DNA of 64,000 nt from an uncultured virus (IMG/VR IMGVR_UViG_3300027833_000038). Taxonomy: Duplodnaviria > Heunggongvirae > Uroviricota > Caudoviricetes > Crassvirales. A program made the position numbers and the translations under genes. Of this stretch, positions 61,114-64,000 are shown piece by piece. The notes below the pieces were generated by a model. It was not told where the DNA came from. It ran no database searches and saw nothing but the letters and a program-made list of their open reading frames with translations. The DNA lies in IMG/VR virus record IMGVR_UViG_3300027833_000038; one strand, written 5' to 3'. Position 1 is the first letter of the stretch. Each line of letters begins with the position of its first letter.

Positions 61114-62270
61114 AATGTGTGAGTTAATCTTGCAATCTGACCAAATTCGCTGTGATGTAAAAATCCTTCTATAGCTCTTGGAGAATGTTGGTATCCTTTT
61201 ATATGATGCCAACTGTCTGAAGAACTTGGAGACCTTAAGGATTCTAAAGTTACACCTGCGTAATCTTTTGAAGTCTTGTGGTGTACATGATGCGTATAAA
61301 TGTATCTGTGCTTTGTGTCAGCCCACATATTTTTAGCCTCTGTAGCCATCAAAAGAGGTAAATCATTGTTCTTTGCACCATCTCCGTGAGTGGTTCCTAT
61401 GAGGTTGTTGTTCCACTGATAATATTTTCTATGAGCAATACTATTATCAAACGTTATATTCTTACAGTCCTTGTACCAAGACTCTATGTTGTGAGCTAAG
61501 AAAAAACCATTTGTGTAATCATGGTTCGACGGGTTAAAAACAAAATGAACGTCTGCTTCAAGCAGCAATCTATCTATGACAGTGATATACATTTCTTTTG
61601 CTTTTAGAAAGTTGTCGTACCACATTCCGTCTGTATCTTGACTGGTTCCTTTTCTTGTTTTTCTATCAGGAGTGTCAATATGAAGAACATCATTACCTGC
61701 AACAAATAATATTTTTTCTACATGAAAACCTTTAACCTTTTCAAGTATACCTGCAACGCCTTCATGTACTCTTTTGATGGCTATCTCCGTGTTATACTCT
61801 TCCCCCGTTTCATACGCTCTCGCAAGCTTCCCCACATGAATGTCAGCAGGGTCAACAACAAGAAGATGACGGTCTTCACTTTTTTCTTTATTTCTTTTAA
61901 TTTCATATTTAAATGTATGTTTTTTTACAGAGTCGATATGGTCTTTTAACATGTCCTCAAACTTTGGACCTTTGTCGCTAGGAGAAAATGATATTGACCA
62001 GTTTTTACCCTTGTACCATGCCATTCTTATATCTTCAGGAGCAATACCTACTGTCTTTGCTTCCTCGTAAAGAGCAGGATTCTCTTCAGCAAGAATATTT
62101 TTTTGTATTTTTTTAGACAAATTTCTTCTAGCTGATTCTATTGTAAGTCCTTCTGGATTTCCTAATTCATCCAAAACCTTTCTAGCTATTTCGGTTTTAT
62201 TCATGCCCTGCTTGTTCTTAGGAAAGTGCTTTTTTGCTCTTTCTAAGAAATCGTTCCAATCAATATTCAT
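61110..62270 (-). CDS. Calcineurin-like metallophosphoesterase with N-terminal HTH-like region
   Basis: DIHVG, GND..H, SNHD, HGD, HHVHH. Confidence 0.8.
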   Translation of the reverse strand: MNIDWNDFLERAKKHFPKNKQGMNKTEIARKVLDELGNPEGLTIESARRNLSKKIQKNILAEENPALYEEAKTVGIAPEDIRMAWYKGKNWSISFSPSDKGPKFEDMLKDHIDSVKKHTFKYEIKRNKEKSEDRHLLVVDPADIHVGKLARAYETGEEYNTEIAIKRVHEGVAGILEKVKGFHVEKILFVAGNDVLHIDTPDRKTRKGTSQDTDGMWYDNFLKAKEMYITVIDRLLLEADVHFVFNPSNHDYTNGFFLAHNIESWYKDCKNITFDNSIAHRKYYQWNNNLIGTTHGDGAKNNDLPLLMATEAKNMWADTKHRYIYTHHVHHKTSKDYAGVTLESLRSPSSSDSWHHIKGYQHSPRAIEGFLHHSEFGQIARLTHTF

Positions 62271-62439
62271 TGTTTTCGTGTATTAGGTTACTAAGGCGCT
62301 CGACTGATATAAGAAGTTTGCGGACTCCCACCCTTGCCTCTTCATTGTTTACATCTAGTAAACCTTCACAAGCATTTGCAACGTTGTTGTGGATTTCTTC
62401 ACAAAAATCTACAATGTATTTTTCCCTTGGTGTTAACAT
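62260..62439 (-). CDS. Small hypothetical protein (59 aa)
   Basis: Own translation MLTPREKYIVDFCEE...HENNEY fills the gap in the operon. Confidence 0.6.
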   Translation of the reverse strand: MLTPREKYIVDFCEEIHNNVANACEGLLDVNNEEARVGVRKLLISVERLSNLIHENNEY

Positions 62440-62444
62440 TTATT

Positions 62445-62735
62445 TTAATCATCGTCCTGAAAAATAAGGAATGTTTCCCCCAGTTTTTTGTCAAGTCTTT
62501 TAATACCTCTGTAAATAATTCTAGACTTTACCATGATTTTTTTCTTATCATGTACAGTGTGGTCTACGTCAAGTTCTCCGTGCAATGTGTGGTCAAAAAG
62601 TAAAAGCCTATCTATTTTTTGTGTAATAGAAAGAGATTTCCTTGATAACACATTTTCAATGATATCATTTAAGCTGTCTTTTGATGCGTTCATCTTTAAC
62701 GCTTTTCTCTGTTTAGCTGTTGGTTCCACATGCAT
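62445..62735 (-). CDS. Hypothetical protein
   Basis: 96-aa ORF. Confidence 0.6.
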   Translation of the reverse strand: MHVEPTAKQRKALKMNASKDSLNDIIENVLSRKSLSITQKIDRLLLFDHTLHGELDVDHTVHDKKKIMVKSRIIYRGIKRLDKKLGETFLIFQDDD

Positions 62736-62767
62736 CTCACATAAAGTTAAAGTTAATTATTGACAAT

Positions 62768-63013
62768 TTACGATTTAATTTGATATTTTTCTCTGAGCTT
62801 CACGTAAATGTCCCATATTTTTTGTTGAGCCTCACAGTTTTCGTAGGTTTCTGGAGACACAGTTGAGCGTTTTTTTACACAAATTTCTAAACGAACTCCA
62901 GTAGGAGTAGGAAATGGTTTAACAAATATTTTATTTCTCATACACCAAAGCATAGAGTCATAATGTTCTTTTGTTGTATTAATATCGCAGGGTACCTTCC
63001 TTTGTCTTGGCAT
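62768..63013 (-). CDS. Hypothetical protein
   Basis: 81 aa; TAATG coupling to helicase. Confidence 0.6.
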   Translation of the reverse strand: MPRQRKVPCDINTTKEHYDSMLWCMRNKIFVKPFPTPTGVRLEICVKKRSTVSPETYENCEAQQKIWDIYVKLREKYQIKS

Positions 63014-63999
63014 TAAAACAAATCTAAATCATCTTCTTTATCTTCTTTCCAAGGGTTTGAACCTTGAGGTATAGTTGCGTATGGATTTTTAGATTCAAAG
63101 GGTTCTGAATAATATTCTTTTGAAATCATGCTTTGAGTATTTACTTTTTTGCCTACTGCATAATATCTTCCGCTAGGCAAATCATATCTAAACACTTCCT
63201 CTTCCAGGGTGTCTCCCTGAAATTTCATTTTTTGTTTTAACGACTTAACAACAACATCGTCTTTTCGGTAATCCATGTAATCTTTAAAGTATCTATAAAC
63301 TAGAAGTCCATCATGGCAAACGTTTTTAAAATCAGCACTACCACTAACGCTATATAAATCTGGTTGTTTGTAGTATCCTAAGTCATCCTTTTGCATCTTT
63401 GTTGGGTGTGCTACTAGAAATATCATTACATCGTTTTGCTGTGCAAAATTAGTAAGCTTTGTTAGGGTTGTTCTTATTTCAGCAAGCTCACTTTTATTGC
63501 CTCCCATTTCAACTTTATTAAAAGCATCTATAACAAAAATATCAACTCCATAAGAATAAACCTGCTCTTTAAATGTTTCTAAAAGCCATTTCCATGTAGG
63601 TCTTTTGTCCTCTTCAGGATAAGTTATATATATTTTTTCTTTTGACCACTCAATGTAATCTTTGATATCATCCTTTGAAACTTTTGGTCTGTCGTTGTTT
63701 TCCATGAAAAAATTCTTTCCCATAACTTTTTCAATAAAAGTGGATTGATGCAAAGCCATTGGATGATGCTCAGGAGAATAAAAAGAAGCTTTCATTTTGT
63801 AGTCTTGAAGTAAATTTAAAACATACCATTCAACAAAATTTGATTTACCGTGAGAGGGTATTCCTGTAATGACAGTTAAATGTCCTCTCATTGTCGAAAA
63901 AGCACCCTTAAGCTCTCCAAAAGCATAGTTCTTTGGATATATTGTCTTAGGCTTACCGTGTGCATGAAGCTTATAAATGTCATCAGCAATGTCTTCTGC
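63013..63999 (-). CDS. Primase-helicase, SF4 helicase domain (partial; frame open to window end)
   Basis: VITGIPSHGKS Walker A, FVIDAFN, LVAHPTK, SVSGSADF. Confidence 0.9.
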   Translation of the reverse strand, partial: AEDIADDIYKLHAHGKPKTIYPKNYAFGELKGAFSTMRGHLTVITGIPSHGKSNFVEWYVLNLLQDYKMKASFYSPEHHPMALHQSTFIEKVMGKNFFMENNDRPKVSKDDIKDYIEWSKEKIYITYPEEDKRPTWKWLLETFKEQVYSYGVDIFVIDAFNKVEMGGNKSELAEIRTTLTKLTNFAQQNDVMIFLVAHPTKMQKDDLGYYKQPDLYSVSGSADFKNVCHDGLLVYRYFKDYMDYRKDDVVVKSLKQKMKFQGDTLEEEVFRYDLPSGRYYAVGKKVNTQSMISKEYYSEPFESKNPYATIPQGSNPWKEDKEDDLDLF

Positions 64000-64000
64000 T

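Larger units (their letters stand above)
1..64000. mobile_element. Tailed bacteriophage genome segment (podovirus-like, Bacteroidota host)
   Basis: Terminase, portal, capsid, tail, endolysin and primase-helicase genes in phage order; no host housekeeping genes or integrase; TAnnTTTG promoters. Confidence 0.95.

Noticed and set aside
1..64000. Stop-codon reassignment, tRNA genes, integrase
   Set aside because: Standard code gives dense full-length ORFs; no cloverleaf or recombinase motifs noticed

Overview
The window is part of a lytic tailed-phage genome with podovirus-like gene order. TAnnTTTG -7 promoter elements and a lipoprotein point to a Bacteroidota (probably Flavobacteriia) host. Layout: minus-strand early genes led by an ArdC-like gene (1-5564); a divergent intergenic switch; groEL/groES; a lysis module; two large tail-fibre-like genes; terminase, portal, scaffold and capsid; tail and ejection proteins; and convergent replication genes ending in a partial primase-helicase. 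The standout is a ~14 kb cassette (about 36.8-51.0 kb) that appears to split the tail hub gene. It encodes extensin/mucin-like (Pro-Thr/Pro-Ser/Pro-Ala)n proteins, most sharing a ~45-aa 'MANTG...CP' N-terminal module. These are followed directly by a methyltransferase, a two-domain prolyl 4-hydroxylase, an O-fucosyltransferase-carbamoyltransferase fusion, a GT60 (Gnt1-like) GlcNAc transferase and a GDP-mannose 3,5-epimerase. Together they form a candidate phage-encoded hydroxyproline O-glycosylation system for virion appendages. Also notable is a candidate ~90-nt promoter/terminator-bounded sRNA near 59.7 kb with a perfect 20-nt complement to the start of an early gene 56 kb away. All family calls come from motif recognition, not database searches.
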